This document shows positions 50,710 through 63,152 of a DNA stretch of 64,000 nucleotides, piece by piece. The first letter of the stretch is position 1. Every line of letters begins with the position of its first letter. The stretch comes from Moniliella sp. 'wahieum'. Lineage: Eukaryota. Under the pieces are notes generated by a model. The model had not been told where the DNA came from. It searched no databases and saw only the letters and a program-made list of their open reading frames with translations. A program made the position numbers and the translations under genes. The stretch is taken from NCBI GenBank assembly GCA_003971905.1, contig RSEE01000047.1:1-64000 (forward strand), written 5' to 3'.

Positions 50710-51077
50710 CGGCCCTCGCTTCTCTTTCTGCCAACGCAAATGCGTACCCGCTCTGCCCTGTCTATCATTCTCTTCCCTGTGCCCTGTCTATCGTTCCCTT
50801 CCCTTTGATATCCTCGTTGCGAAGCCCCCCCTGCTTTCATCCTGGTGGTCTCGGGTCGGGGTTCTCTTGCCCCCCTAGCAGGCCACATTCTTCTGTTCCT
50901 TGTGTTGGCTGCCCACCCCCCGCTGATTGCCTTTACCTGTGGTTGTCGTGTCTTGTCACATGCTGTCTGTGCAACATGGCACCACAACGGGGTGGACAGA
51001 CTCGTTCCCGATTCGGCAGCGTCTTATGATACTCCCTTTCCCCCCCCGCTTCTACCCTCGTAGCCTTCCTTGATCTC

Positions 51078-54032
51078 TCATGTCCCTTGGGCCCGGCGCT
51101 CCCGGTTGACAGGACGATGGGCGACGCGGTTTCCGTAGGCTAGACTGTATCCTCGGTCTGCATGGCTTCCAGCATAGAGCGAGTGAGAAAGGCTAAGCTT
51201 TAGCGCAGGGGCACAGCGTTTCGCACCCGAAGCTCGGCCGCTCGTGCCGAGCTCGCCGAGCTCGGATCGTTGCGAGAGGCTGGCTGCGGCTGGCTGCGGC
51301 CTCTTCGGGGCCTCTTCGCTTGCGCCTGAGTTTGAACTTGAGCTTGATCTTACCCTTGCGCTCAACATCAGCTCTCATTTTCTACCCGTGCGCCCTGGCC
51401 TTGGTGCGGAGCAGCCCGCCCCTGGGCATCTCCCTTATCTTAGCTGCAGGCCCGAGTGAATCGCGTTTGCCCCCCCCTCCCTGAGGCGCTGACCACCACG
51501 ACCATAACAAGAGTGCTGTCTGTGTCCGTTGTGGGTATAGCCGAACGTAGTCGTGCGCCGAGCCACCGAGCCAGCTTGCAGTGGCTTCGACCTGTATCCC
51601 CCCACCCCCAACCTGCGGCTCCCTCAGGGCCTTCCCCCATGCCTGCCCCAGCGTCCAGATGCTGCTCTCCGCGCCCCAGCCTGCCACCACAACTGCAGTC
51701 GACAGCGCCATGGCACCAGAGGCGCAGACAGCCGTCCACGCAGAAGCCGTGCAGTCCAGTCTCGCCGTTCGCACCGCGGGCGAGTGCGACCGCAACCACA
51801 AGCTCATGTGTGGTGCTGAGCGCTGTGTCAACCAGCGTGGTTGTCCCCACTGGAGTGAACACAGTAGTAGTGGTGTCCCGTGTGGTTATCGTGCGCCACC
51901 CCTCCCTTCTATCCCTTTCGATCCCCTTCTCACCCTGCGGTAACTGACCCGACCAAAAGCGTCTCCTCGTGACCCAGTTGGGTGCCCACGCAAGCGTCTG
52001 CAGGGAAACAACAACGAACCGGGACCCAACGCTTGTCGCAAGCGCACCGCTAAACAGGCCCCAATCTCGCTTCCCCACCTCAGCCCCCCATCTCTTCTCG
52101 ACTGTCACCTCCAATGCTGTCTCTGCACCAGCTTTGTCTGCCCTTTTGCCTGCAGACGCGTTTTCCAAAGACGCATTCTGGCCCTCCAAGGGGACAAGAG
52201 CTTTAATGCTTTCCTCGGCACGGACAACTCCGTCGGCGGGGCAGTTTTCCTGGGCCCCATGTCTCCCAGGGCCTCTCTGGTCCCCGCTTCCACAGATATG
52301 GGCGGGCTCCCGCCTGGCCCGGGTCTTGAATCAGAAGTACAGGCCCACCTCTGCCTCAGCGTCTCTCAACAGCTCGGGTCTTGCAGCGTTCGTACGTTCA
52401 GCGGATGCTCAGCAGGTCGTGTGCTCCAACCTTGGGCAGTTGAGCCAAGATTGTGCTGCCCCCGAAACCAATCCGTTCCCTTTGGCACATGATTGTACCC
52501 AGCGGCCCATTCGACCGTCTCAACGGCTCCTACTCTTCCTGCCCGCTTAGTACTCCCGTTAAACCTACTGCTTGGATCCGTTCCCACCTCCCAATACTTT
52601 GAGCCCGTTGCCCCCTCTCCCATTGCGTCGTCTGGTGACGTCAACAACTGGATGGACCACTGGGACCCAGAACGATTGGTTGCTGGGCGCACACTTGTGG
52701 ACTCGAAGTTGGCCGATGCAATCCCGTCGGCTGACTTTGGCGAGCGCGATTTGGGTACCGTTTCTTCTTCTTCCTCCAAGAAGCTGGCCCACCAGGTGTG
52801 CACAAACGCTCCTATCGTTACACCGGCACCAAGTACGACAGCGGCCACCAAAATGGCCCAGTCGATTGCCGTGCCTCTCTCCCCACTTAAGGCGATTCTG
52901 TCGGGAAATGACAGGGAGAACGGTAATGACAAGACGGTCGATGACCTGTCCTATAGCTCAAGCTCATCCGCGCCATACCTCCCTGGACATCATGTGCTAG
53001 TGCCTCCCTCGCCGCGCATTATCCAACGGCATGCTGCCCAATGGGAATGATGCGCCCCCAAAGCGAGGGTTCTTGCAAAGCACCCAATCGGATTGGGTCC
53101 TGTCGTTCTGGGTGTACCACTTCTAGGGATCAAGCGGCTGGGACGGGAGCGCAAGCAGAGCTAGCAGTTGCTCTCCCCCTGCTTCGCTGTGTACATGCTG
53201 GATCAAACACGATGCATCGATGCCTGGTCCTGGGGATTCATCAGGCACGTTGCAAACGTGCACTCTGTTCCAGTCTGTCCCCTATCACCCGCATCATCCC
53301 CCCCCATCCTACGCGGACCACAGCCACGCTGGCGCGCAGGATCCCAGCCACACCCGCTCTGTTTCTTCTGAGAACAGCCACGGACACAACCTATCGTGGG
53401 GGTCGAATCCCCCCGTATTATGCGGGTGCACGTGTCTGTGCGCTGCGGGGGCAGCGCTGATGCGGATGGAGCGCCAAAAAGCGGTCATAATGGCCAGCAA
53501 GCCGCCTCTTTGTCTCCCTGACAGCCTAGCCCGTTGGATCCCATTCGCCCTCCACATCTCCCAGGCCGTAAGCGAACGCTGTGTCTGTTCCTTTGCTTGC
53601 ACGACCTGCCGCACCAACCCCACGACACAGATGCGCGCAACGTTGTTGATCGGCAACGCTTTGCAGATCTCCGCCAAGGCGGTGCAAACGCTGCAACCGT
53701 TGCGGACGGGGAAGGGAAGTGGGCTGGGCTTAGGTCTGGAAAGACCCCCAGGACAAGTGGATTTGGATGTGCAGATTGGTGAGTGGCGTGCGTCCAAAGG
53801 GAACGCACGTGAGATCGCCCTGTTTGCCATGAAGCGGGAGCTGCGTGACCTGCAAGGGGCATTGAGCCGGATGGTACAGGTGGGCAGTACGGTCAGCCCT
53901 GCCAGCGTCGCCGACGTGGGGACGGACAGCGTTTTGCCACCTGTTTCCAAAGTGAAAACGGAGGAGGCGCAAACAGGACAACCAAGTCCTCATGCCGTTG
54001 ACCGGCTCGTCCTTCGCAAGCTCCATCTTCAA
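51078..54032 (-). CDS. Hypothetical single-pass membrane protein with low-complexity tail (fragmented)
   Basis: Chain of minus-strand ORFs (53309..53950, 52366..52932, 51440..52189, 51078..51368) with one clear TM segment 'WAILVAAVVLGAGVTIGAFV'. No family recognised and boundaries are uncertain. Confidence 0.35.
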
Positions 54033-54391
54033 TTGGGAGATTCTGGTTGCGGTGGAGAACTTGGAAAAGGACTAAAAGGTGGGTAGGCGTTTGCTGAAAC
54101 ACGCAGGACGTGCCGCCTGTTTGGCTCCAACACTCGCTCGCCACAGTGATTTTTCCCCTGCATCGATATGTCATCCGTAGCATCTGCCCCGTTTTTTGGT
54201 CCTGGCCATCAATACTGTATTGCATCCTTCTCTCGGCTCCTCATGGATAGTAGTACGATTGTTGCAGTAGCAGTACTAAAGTAAACGCATCCTCCAGGGC
54301 CGGACAGTCTACCTCCCCTCCGCCGCCCCATTCTGTGCTTCCCGCTCGCATGATTGGCATTGGATTATGGTCCGCATCCTGGGCGAGGGAT

Positions 54392-56845
54392 TTACTTGAA
54401 GATCATGGGCTGCAGCCACTGGTCTGCCAGTTCAAACTGTTGCACATAGTCCTTATCCAACTGGCCCTCCTTGTCCAGCAAGCGGACCGCGACCATGAGG
54501 GCCCGCCAGAAGCGGAAGCCCCTGGCCAGCTCGAGGCGCACGTCGCGAATTTCTTGGAAATTGCCCTGGAGCATCCCGACCAGGATCGATTTGGCCTCTT
54601 CCAGCTCCTCGGCATCCGCCTCGTGCGCCGGCTTGCCCAGGAAGGTGAGCAAGCCTTCGGTGTAACACTTGACGATCACGCCGAGCCCCGTGTTGGGCTC
54701 CGACTGGAACGGCAGGCTGAGCGCAATGCCCAACAACAGTTCGTTGTCCCTGCACTTGGCCGCACCCGAGAAGCATGTGGCTGGCGATCGTCTCCGCCAG
54801 CGACCGAAGGGAGCGCGTCATCGCACGTGCAAACGCATGGAACGCCAACAGCTCCCGTGACAGCGGCGCATCCCAACTCTGCGGCAAAAGCGTCATGGGT
54901 ACCAGAGAGAGCGTTCGCATGACCAAAAGCAGATGCCGATTTTCCTCCAGTGCCGTCTCACCCACTCCGTCAATCGCCTCGAGTGCAGGACCACCAGAGA
55001 AGACAGTCTTGCCGTGGTTAAGTACCGCGCGTGAAGCGCATACGCTCGCACCAACTCGAGCGCCACATAGAGCGGCTCTTGCAGTGGGTCGTTGATGTGC
55101 AGCTCCTTGATCGCAAAGAACAAGGCACGACCAAGCTCGGTGTGGAGGTGCTCATGGTTAACAAACCCTCTCAATTCAAGCAGACGGAAACGCGTGTTGA
55201 CCACCACCTCGTCCTTGCGTTCCAGCGGGGGCTGGTTCGGCCCGCGAGGAGTGATGGTCGCTTGAGCCCCGTGGTGTTGGCCGTCGCACCGAGGCAGAGA
55301 AGGAGGTCAATCCGGCCATACGGCTGCTCCGTCAAAGCCTGTGCGATGGTGCTACCCGGCACGTTCCAGCGTGAGACCCTGGTGAGAAGGGCCTGGGTCT
55401 CGTTGGACGTCCATGGAAGCTCATACGCATGGTGCGGCTCGAACCAATACAAGGCGGTGACGCGTCGTGTCTTCCAAAACTCGGACAGCTGGTTTGCTGC
55501 CAACGCAAGGCTGACACACCGCGGGCTCTGAGGCGTCTCCAATAACGTCTTACGCAGGAAGTGGTGGTACTCGGGCAACGCACCTCCTTCCAGTGGCTCC
55601 AGTTCAACACACTGACCACTCAAGAGGGAGTGATAAGCTTGTGTACCAATCAAACCGCGGGCCATGTGGGTGTAAATCTCATCCGGCAAGCGATTGAAGA
55701 AAATCTCATGCAAATCCGAAGGAACCTCGGGAAGAGGCGCCCCCTTGGGCGCGAGCACTCCATTTCCCAATCGGATCACGGGTGGGTTGCCCGGAGCTGT
55801 GGTTTGCGCGTTCTCGGCCCCCGGCCCAGCACGACGACCATCGCTCCTCTTCCCTTGGGCCCGAACAATGGCCACGGGGATGGGGAGGACTTTTCCGTCC
55901 TCGGAAAGGATAAGGGAAAATTTGATCATCGACCGAGCACGACAGAAGGAGTCGAGGTAAACATTCGTCCGGCTCGGGGGTCCGCCCAGGGCCATCACCC
56001 GCTGCCTGCCCACCTCGGTATTGCTTTACCAGAGCGACCACCGCGGGGGGGTCACCTTAGGCGGAGATCCTTGAGGGAGGGACCCATCCAGCAGGGGGGG
56101 GAAGGTGGGGCAGTGCTCAAAGCCAGAGAGGATGCAGGCATCCAAGAATTCGTCGGAACTGCACTTGAGCTCCGACAGGACGGCTGCTTTGGACACGAAG
56201 CTAAACGTCTTCTTTTCCAGGTCAATGGACGTGATGACCCGTTCCACTCCGTCAAACATGAGCAGCATCTCGTTTCCATACATCGAGTGGATAAAGCCTG
56301 CATGGTGCCGCTCGAGGTATGCCAGCTGCGACAAAGGTCAGAAGGGCAGGCAGGCGAGGGGGACATGGGGAAGGGCGTACCTGGGCCGAGGCGAGGAAGG
56401 GGGCGGTGAGGAAAGGGACGCCGCGCACCCGTAGGGTTTTGAGCGTGGTGCGGACAAGGTCCTGGGGGAGAGAGAGTTGGACTCTGCAAAGACGGCCGTT
56501 GCGGCCTCGAGGTCGTGGGCCTCGTACAGCTCCCAAGCGCGGGCGCGGTCAGCAGGGTGGTCGATCTGGCTGAAGGGGGGGTAGGAGCGGACAGGGGCCA
56601 TGCCCTGGATGACCGCAACGGGGATGATGAGGCGCGCTGGAGGATGTCGATGTGCTGGGAGATGCGTTCGGCGAGGGCGAGAGGCAGGCCCCGACGGCGG
56701 CGGTGAGTGGCTCGGGCTGCTCGGCGAGCACAGCGCGGACCCAGACGCTGAGGTCAATGCCGATGCGGGTGTTCTTGAGGGCATCGAGGGGCACTGTCTT
56801 GACCAGCCCGTGCTCGTGGAGGTACTCGGAGAGGCCGGTGATCAT
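54392..56845 (-). CDS. MKT1: Mkt1 (XPG/PIN-like post-transcriptional regulator)
   Basis: 'MITGLSEYL...LKNTRIGIDL', 'AQLAYLE' (intron 56326-56380), 'FLDACILSG', 'PSDLHEIFFNRLPDEIY', 'LPFQSEPNTGLGVIVK', C-terminal 'FELADQWL'. Confidence 0.9.
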
Positions 56846-57721
56846 GGCGGAGGAGGGGGGGGAGGAGGAGGTGGTGGTGGAGGCGAGGGCCGCAGCGGGC
56901 CGTCAGGCAGTGCCGCTGTGCCGGGCGTGGCCCCGTGGCTGCTGGGTGCGGCTGTGCGCTGCTGTGCCCCTTGCAGCTGGCCGCTGCCCCCCGCCCCGCT
57001 GCTGCCCCTTGCGGCCCTCGGCCGTGTACATTTCAAAAGCACATGCTGCTCACGTGGAGCGCCGAGCCGCGCTGGGCCCATGCAATGCATCATGCATCGT
57101 GCATCATGCATCATGCATGGTTGCTGCTGTCTGCGTTGCCGCCAGGTGGCTCATCGATCATCATGCACCATGCATCACCGTCATGCATCCCAAGCTTTGT
57201 CCAGACCCAGGCCAGTTCTCTCCACGCACCCTCGATGCAGTCGATCGGCCGGCCTGCGCCTCTCTTTTCTCGGCGACGGCGTGGGCCGTGCGTTTTGGCT
57301 TCCATGCATCCACACCCGACGTCTATCCACGCTTATGTCTTCCTTGTTCCCCCCTTGTGCACACACACCCGAGCGGATGACGACCATCATGCACACCATG
57401 GTTTGGTCCAGCCCTCTATCACCCCAATTCCCAGACGACAGCACGGCCCACCATCGTATAGCGCCGCGGAAATATGCGTTTTCCGACTCTTCTTGCCGGA
57501 GAGGTTGCGACGCGGCCCCTTTTCCTAGGATTCGTTTTCGTCCAGTTTCCCGTATGGGCAGCCGACATGTTCTAGAGCATGACGGCGACCTCGTGAATCG
57601 TCTCTCTGTTCTCTTATACCGACAGGGACAGGGCCTCACTAGTCTCAACCTCTTAGGGACGTATACTGCAACATGCTACACCACCTGGTGGTCTGGCTTC
57701 GAGACGGCCGACCCGCCACAT

Positions 57722-57822
57722 GTTCTATTAGCTCAGTTGGCTAGAGCGTCCGACTGTTAAAGACGGCCCAGACTTGTCTATTCGACATCGGGAGGTCGTT
57801 GGTTCGAGCCCAACATGGAACG
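57722..57822 (+). tRNA. tRNA-Asn(GTT) with ~27-nt intron
   Basis: GTTCTAT/ATGGAAC acceptor, GCTC/GAGC D stem, TCCGA-CT-GTT-A/intron/A-TCGGG anticodon arm, GTTGG-TTCGAGC-CCAAC T arm, followed by T5. Confidence 0.93.
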
Positions 57823-58897
57823 CTTTTTGCCTTCCTCATATCATGTTACACCGTCCCTGCCCTGCCGTGGTACTGAATTTGCCCCGTTGATTCAACCCAG
57901 CCGATGCAGTTCAAGCCGAGGGGAACCAGAAAACGGTAGGGTTTCCTCGCAGAAGTTTGGGGGTGGGCGGATTACCTCAATAGCATGTGTGGTCCCTGTC
58001 TTTCGCTCCGTATACACCGCAGGTGAAGGTGAAGACTTGGCCGTTTTCGTGGGCGTTTGTGCCATCAGACTCTATGGCCCACATGATTGCCTGTTTCCGA
58101 TGCCACAAGCATCCGGCCCCTGCGTCTTCTCATGTCTCTCTCAAGAGCCGGACAAGAACGGGTTTACTCTTTCCTTTGTCCCTCCGTCTTGCTCCAATGT
58201 TGGCGGACCATGTGTTAGACGACAAAAAGCTGAGGCCCCCAATGCTGGCCATGTCTGCAGGATCGAGCAGGGCGGGGTGCCTCTACGGGAGTCGTGTTGG
58301 TTGGGGAGAGCACGGAAGAAATTCGTTCGCTGCACGGCATATAGTAAACAGTGGCCGATCACCTTGGTCAGCTCTGCACCCGTAAGTGCTTGTCCATCCT
58401 CCGGGCGAAGAGAGAAGGACACATGTACTGAGTAAAAGTGAGGTCCAAATTGTCCGCATTCCGACTTGCATGCTTCCACATGGAAACGAAGGGGCCTGCA
58501 GTTGGGGCAAACGAATCCCCTTAATCGGGGTGGAGAGGCTCATACTCCGCATGGGCTGGTGGAGGCGATTGATGCGCTTTCATGCGCACCTTCAATACGG
58601 CACAAGAGTCGATACATTGCTTTGACCCGATTATACGGCACCCTGACGGGTGGAGGGGACTGAGTTGGAGGTGGTGGTGCCAACAAAGTATAGGCCAACT
58701 AGTTCCCGCCCCACCCAACTGATGAATGATTTAATGATCGATGATTCATGTGATGAAGGGTGAGCGCGATGAGCATACCAAATTCCGCTCCTCACGGCGC
58801 AGTTGTCATTCCGCTGCTGGCTGCTTTGTAATGGCCCGTCGCAGCGTACCCGGCCCCACCCGGCGGCCTGGCGCCTCCCCCACCACCCTGACGGACG

Positions 58898-59478
58898 ATG
58901 CGTGCGACGGGGGCTACGTTTTTGCGTGCCTCGCTCGCGCCTGCTCTGCGCGTCTCACGCCCTGCTCAGCTCCGTGCATCCGTACGGTCCCTCGATGGCC
59001 ACCGCAACCGAGACCCGTTCATCCAAGCAGAATGGGCCTTGCGCAAGTCGCCTAATATCGAGCGGTATGCCGTCATGCGCAACCACACGGACCGCAACTT
59101 TGAGTTCACCCCGACTGCGACGGCAGTGGTGATCATTGGGTGCATCATCGTGCCTTCTTTCATTGCGTGGGTGGTGTGGGACGACGCGGTACGTTGGTGT
59201 CGCTTGCATTACCTTGCCTTGCCTTGCCTGCTTTTGCCGCCATCCCGCGCTTGGCGGAGCAGATCCGGTCCAGGTGGGCAGACACTTGCCAGGATCGCTA
59301 CTAACCCACTTGCCAACAGCTCTACACAGCCCCCTTCCGCACCAACTTGCAGTTCGACCCCAACGTTCGCTGGCCGCATCGCAATGACCCGGAGCGGGCC
59401 GAGTACTTGAAGCACTATATCATTGGTGACTTTGATGAGTGGCTCGCGGCCAAGAAGGCAAGCGAGACGGAAGCCTAG
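58898..59478 (+). CDS. Complex I accessory subunit NDUFB4 (B15)-like
   Basis: Presequence-like N-terminus, 'SPNIERYAVMRNHTDRNFEFTPTA' plus one TM. Intron 59189-59319 (GTACGT..TACTAAC..AACAG); exon 2 is open to TAG at 59478. Confidence 0.75.
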
Positions 59479-60058
59479 CGGGCGTCCCCGTGACAATCTG
59501 TCTCCCTCCCCTACTGCCTTTCTCAGGCCCAATGCACCTCATACAGAATCCTGAACTTGGTGGGACATGGGATGGTGCATCTGTGCGGGTTGCGACGGCG
59601 GCGGCTGATGCACGCACGGGAATGGAGCTATTGCTAGGCAGCTCGGAGTAGACTACGTATGAGGTGGTGCCGCTTGGGGTTGGCTCTAAAGATGGCAATC
59701 CAGCACGCCCAACCCAACCAACCCCCAGGAACAGTTTCGGCTTTGCGACACGCTTTCCTGAACCTCGGGGAGGCCACAAACTGAACGGATAATCGATCAT
59801 CCTCTAGATAATACAAGCTCTAAGATCTAGCGTTTGGATAGTCTCAGCGCCATCTCTGCACCACAGGAAGAGTCAATGACCAAAGTCGAATGGAACATGG
59901 CAATATGCAGGCCAGGGACGAGGAGGAGTGGCGGGGTGTGGGGGGTGGGGAGCAAAGGCGGAGGCCCAATCCGCTTCTGCACGAGTGAAGGATCGACGAA
60001 AGCACAACCGAGACACCGGGTGAGAATGATGCCAAATCAATGTTCTCCATGCAGGAGG

Positions 60059-61181
60059 TTACTGCCGCTTCTTCTGTTTGCGAGGCGGGGTGATGGGACG
60101 ACCGGCATGCGCCCCCCCATAGGCAAACTTTTGCTTCTTCTCCGCCGGCTTGAGAATCTGGAAAGAGCAAAGCAACGTCTCGTCCACACTCATCATCGCG
60201 CCTGCATTGTCAAACTCGCCGCAATAGTTGGGGGCCGAGAAGAGGGTGACAAGTTGCCTCTTGGCAAAGAACTCGTACCCGTCTTCCACTACTTGGTGGG
60301 CACGGCAGATCAGGTCCATATCGTGCTTCTGCAAGAAACGGGAGACAACATCCGGGCCAAACGTAAAGCTTACCCCACGATCGTTCTCCGACCAACCAGC
60401 CACATCTTTGTCCGGGTCAGACCAGAGAAGGTCACAGAGCAGCCCCGTATCCGGCACGTCCGTTGGACGCATGACACGACGAATTTGTTCCATGCTTTGC
60501 AGGTCAGGGGACAGACCGCCATGCATGGTGAAGATCTTCTCGTCAATGACGGCTGCAATAGGGAGACAGTTGAAGCAGTCGGTAAAGGTCTTCCAAAGCT
60601 TGATGTTGAACCTGCGCTTGCCTAGGTACGGGTTCAACAATACGGGCCAGTCAGCATTCTTTCCAAAACACGCGCCAGCGATAAGGACATACACTCATCG
60701 TAGAAGCCGTAGATACGGTTGATGGACGCGCACTCGTGGTTTCCGCGAAGGATAAAGAAGTTCTCAGGATATTTGATCTTGTAGGCCAGCAAGAGGCAGA
60801 TCGTCTCGAGGGATTGCTTTCCCCGGTCTACATAGTCGCCGAGGAAGAGGTAGTTGGCCTCGGGAGGGAAGCCGCCGTACTCAAACAGGCGGAGAAGGTC
60901 GTAGTACTGACCATGAATGTCGCCGCAGATCTTGATCGGCGCCTCGAGCTCAAGCAGAATGGGCTGGTTGATGAAGATGTCCCGCGCTTTGAGGCACAGA
61001 TGCTGGATCTCGTACTCCTCGAGGTGCACCGGTTTGCCCGGACGCGAGCCTCGCACTGGCCAGGCGCAAGCGAGAGTCAGGAACAGCGGTAGGCCGAACG
61101 CGCGTGGATGCAAACGTACCTTCCAACAGGCGGTCAATGATGTTCAAGGTCGACCTCAGGGGCCTTAGAAGCATCGGCCAT
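60059..61181 (-). CDS. GLC7: Protein phosphatase 1 catalytic subunit
   Basis: '[10 protein letters not shown]', 'GDYVDRG', 'RGNHE', '[11 protein letters not shown]', 'ITPPRK'. Introns 61056-61119 and 60622-60692. Confidence 0.98.
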
Positions 61182-61773
61182 GCTGGGAAGTTGGTGGGAG
61201 ATGGCCAACGTTGGCCGGGGGAAGCGACTGCCGACCCGCTGCGGAATGTCGAAAGCAAAAAAGTGGGCAGCAGAACCGCTGGGCCGCCGCACGGCGCCAC
61301 CCTCTCGACCTGTCGGGGGCACGTCCCCGCCCTTACTGCCCGCGTGCAGCGCACGCGAGCACTCGTCTGGTGCGGCAGGGCGGCGGGCGCCTCCGGCCCT
61401 CAGCGTCAGCGCTCAGCGCCCGCTGCTGGGTTCCTCCGGTTTTTTCCTTCGCCTTTGAAATTTCACATTGGACAGTTCGCGTCGCCCGCGTCACGTGCTG
61501 CTGCGTTGCCGCCTGGCCGTCTCCGCAGACACGAGGGCGCGCATCGCGCTGCTGCACCGGAGCTGCTGTCAGCGGCACTGCCCTAGTTAGAGGTTTGGTA
61601 TAGACGTGCACGGCCTGTGCCGCCTCCACTTGGTTCCAATTGTAAGCCGAGCGCGTAGTAGACCCCGCTGGCGCATTCCTCTGTTCTTCCTTGCCACCCC
61701 CCCCTCACCTTTTCGCTCAACTTGTTACCTCTCGTTCTCACTCAGCTGCTTCTGGTAGCTCACACCGCGCCGT

Positions 61774-63152
61774 CTACCTGCCGTAGTACGTCGCTACAGA
61801 GCTCAGAGACACCCATTGGATGTGACACCCGGCCACAGTCATAGCCCAACACAGTACCACAGCTGGTACACATGTCCCCACATTATGTGCGGGAGCTATC
61901 GAAGACCTAATAACGCAATCGACCGTGGGGTCGTTCGCATTGGCCATCTGGGAGTACAGTGACATACTTGTGGAGGCAGAGGAACCGTACAGCGGCGAAC
62001 AAAATCATAACTTCAGCATAAGAGGGCGGTCCGTCGGGCGGGCGGGCGGTCGTGGAGACAGGTAGAGAAAACAAAACGTATCGGAAAACGGAGTAAAGAG
62101 TATAGCAGCGTACGGTCGTAGGATCAGCAGGTCAGGACGGATGCAGATGTCGTGAATCGTTAGGGGCGCATAGGACGGTCAAAGGGCCATTCACCTAGAA
62201 TGTCCGGCGTGTCAGGCGCAGGAAAGCCAGGGCAACGAAAATGTGCCAAGTTGGTATAGGATCGCATCGAAGTGAGTCTCGGGGCCAAACAGCGGCACCC
62301 GGATTGGATACAAATGGTTGCATGCTAGTCTATATTGACATGTTAGACGTAAGACCGGACCAAACGTGTAGAAAGTGACATACTCGTTCAAAATCGGGCA
62401 ATTTACTGACCACCACGTACTTTTCCCCCTGTTGGGTTTCAACGGAGAAGTGGTGAAGACCCATTTTCTGGGCAATAACGTGGACCACTCGGCGTTCGGC
62501 GGATGTCAGGGAAGATGAAAACGACAACTCGTCTCTCATGCGATCATCATGAAAGAGAAGAATGCGAGAATAGACGTCCAGTGTGGTGGGGTCATTCATA
62601 TTGAGTTCAGGTGTTGCTGTCAGATGCGTCGTAGGCCCGAGAGGACTCGGGGGACGGGTGCACCATCAGGTTCGGGAGAGGAGCACACGACGAAAGAGGC
62701 GGCTGGAAATGATAGTTCCAGTTCTTGCCCTTTTCAATCTGGAGAGAATGCATCCTCTTGATCGCCTTGTCTTTCTCTAGTCGGTCTTTTTCCCCTGGTT
62801 TGAGCACACGCTTGTGCTCAGCCCGCAATTTACGACCCGACACATCAAAACCGTTCAAGGCAGCCACCGCATTTTCGGCGTCGGCTGCATGGTGGTAGTT
62901 GGCAAACGCTAGGCCACGAAAGATGCCTTGGTCAAAGTGGTAGTTGAACGCGTACGGCATGGGGAGCGATAAATCCGTCATCAGCGCAGCCAAACTTTCC
63001 TGAGGAAGAGTGAAAGGAATGTTTTTGATAACAATGGCGGTGGGGATAATGTCCGCTTTGGTGTGAGGCCACATAATCGGTGCAGCGGGCGCAGGGCTGC
63101 GCTTAACAGGACCAACCAAGGGGTACGGATCCACAGTGCGACCACTGCTCAT
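61774..63152 (-). CDS. Pin4/Cip1-like RRM + R3H RNA-binding protein (3' exons uncertain)
   Basis: 'IPTAIVIKNIPF', 'YAFNYHFDQGIFRGLAFANY', 'NDPTTLDVYSRILLF', R3H 'ERRVVHVIAQKMGLHH'. Splice-like signals downstream of 62385. Confidence 0.85.

Noticed and set aside
13691..61181. Programmed frameshifting or mass pseudogenisation
   Set aside because: Shifts hit essential genes at inconsistent positions while the protein sequence is otherwise highly conserved; sequencing error is simpler.
25823..61181. Functional cluster of phosphatases (calcineurin, DSP, PP1)
   Set aside because: They are spread over 35 kb among unrelated housekeeping genes, with no evidence of co-regulation.
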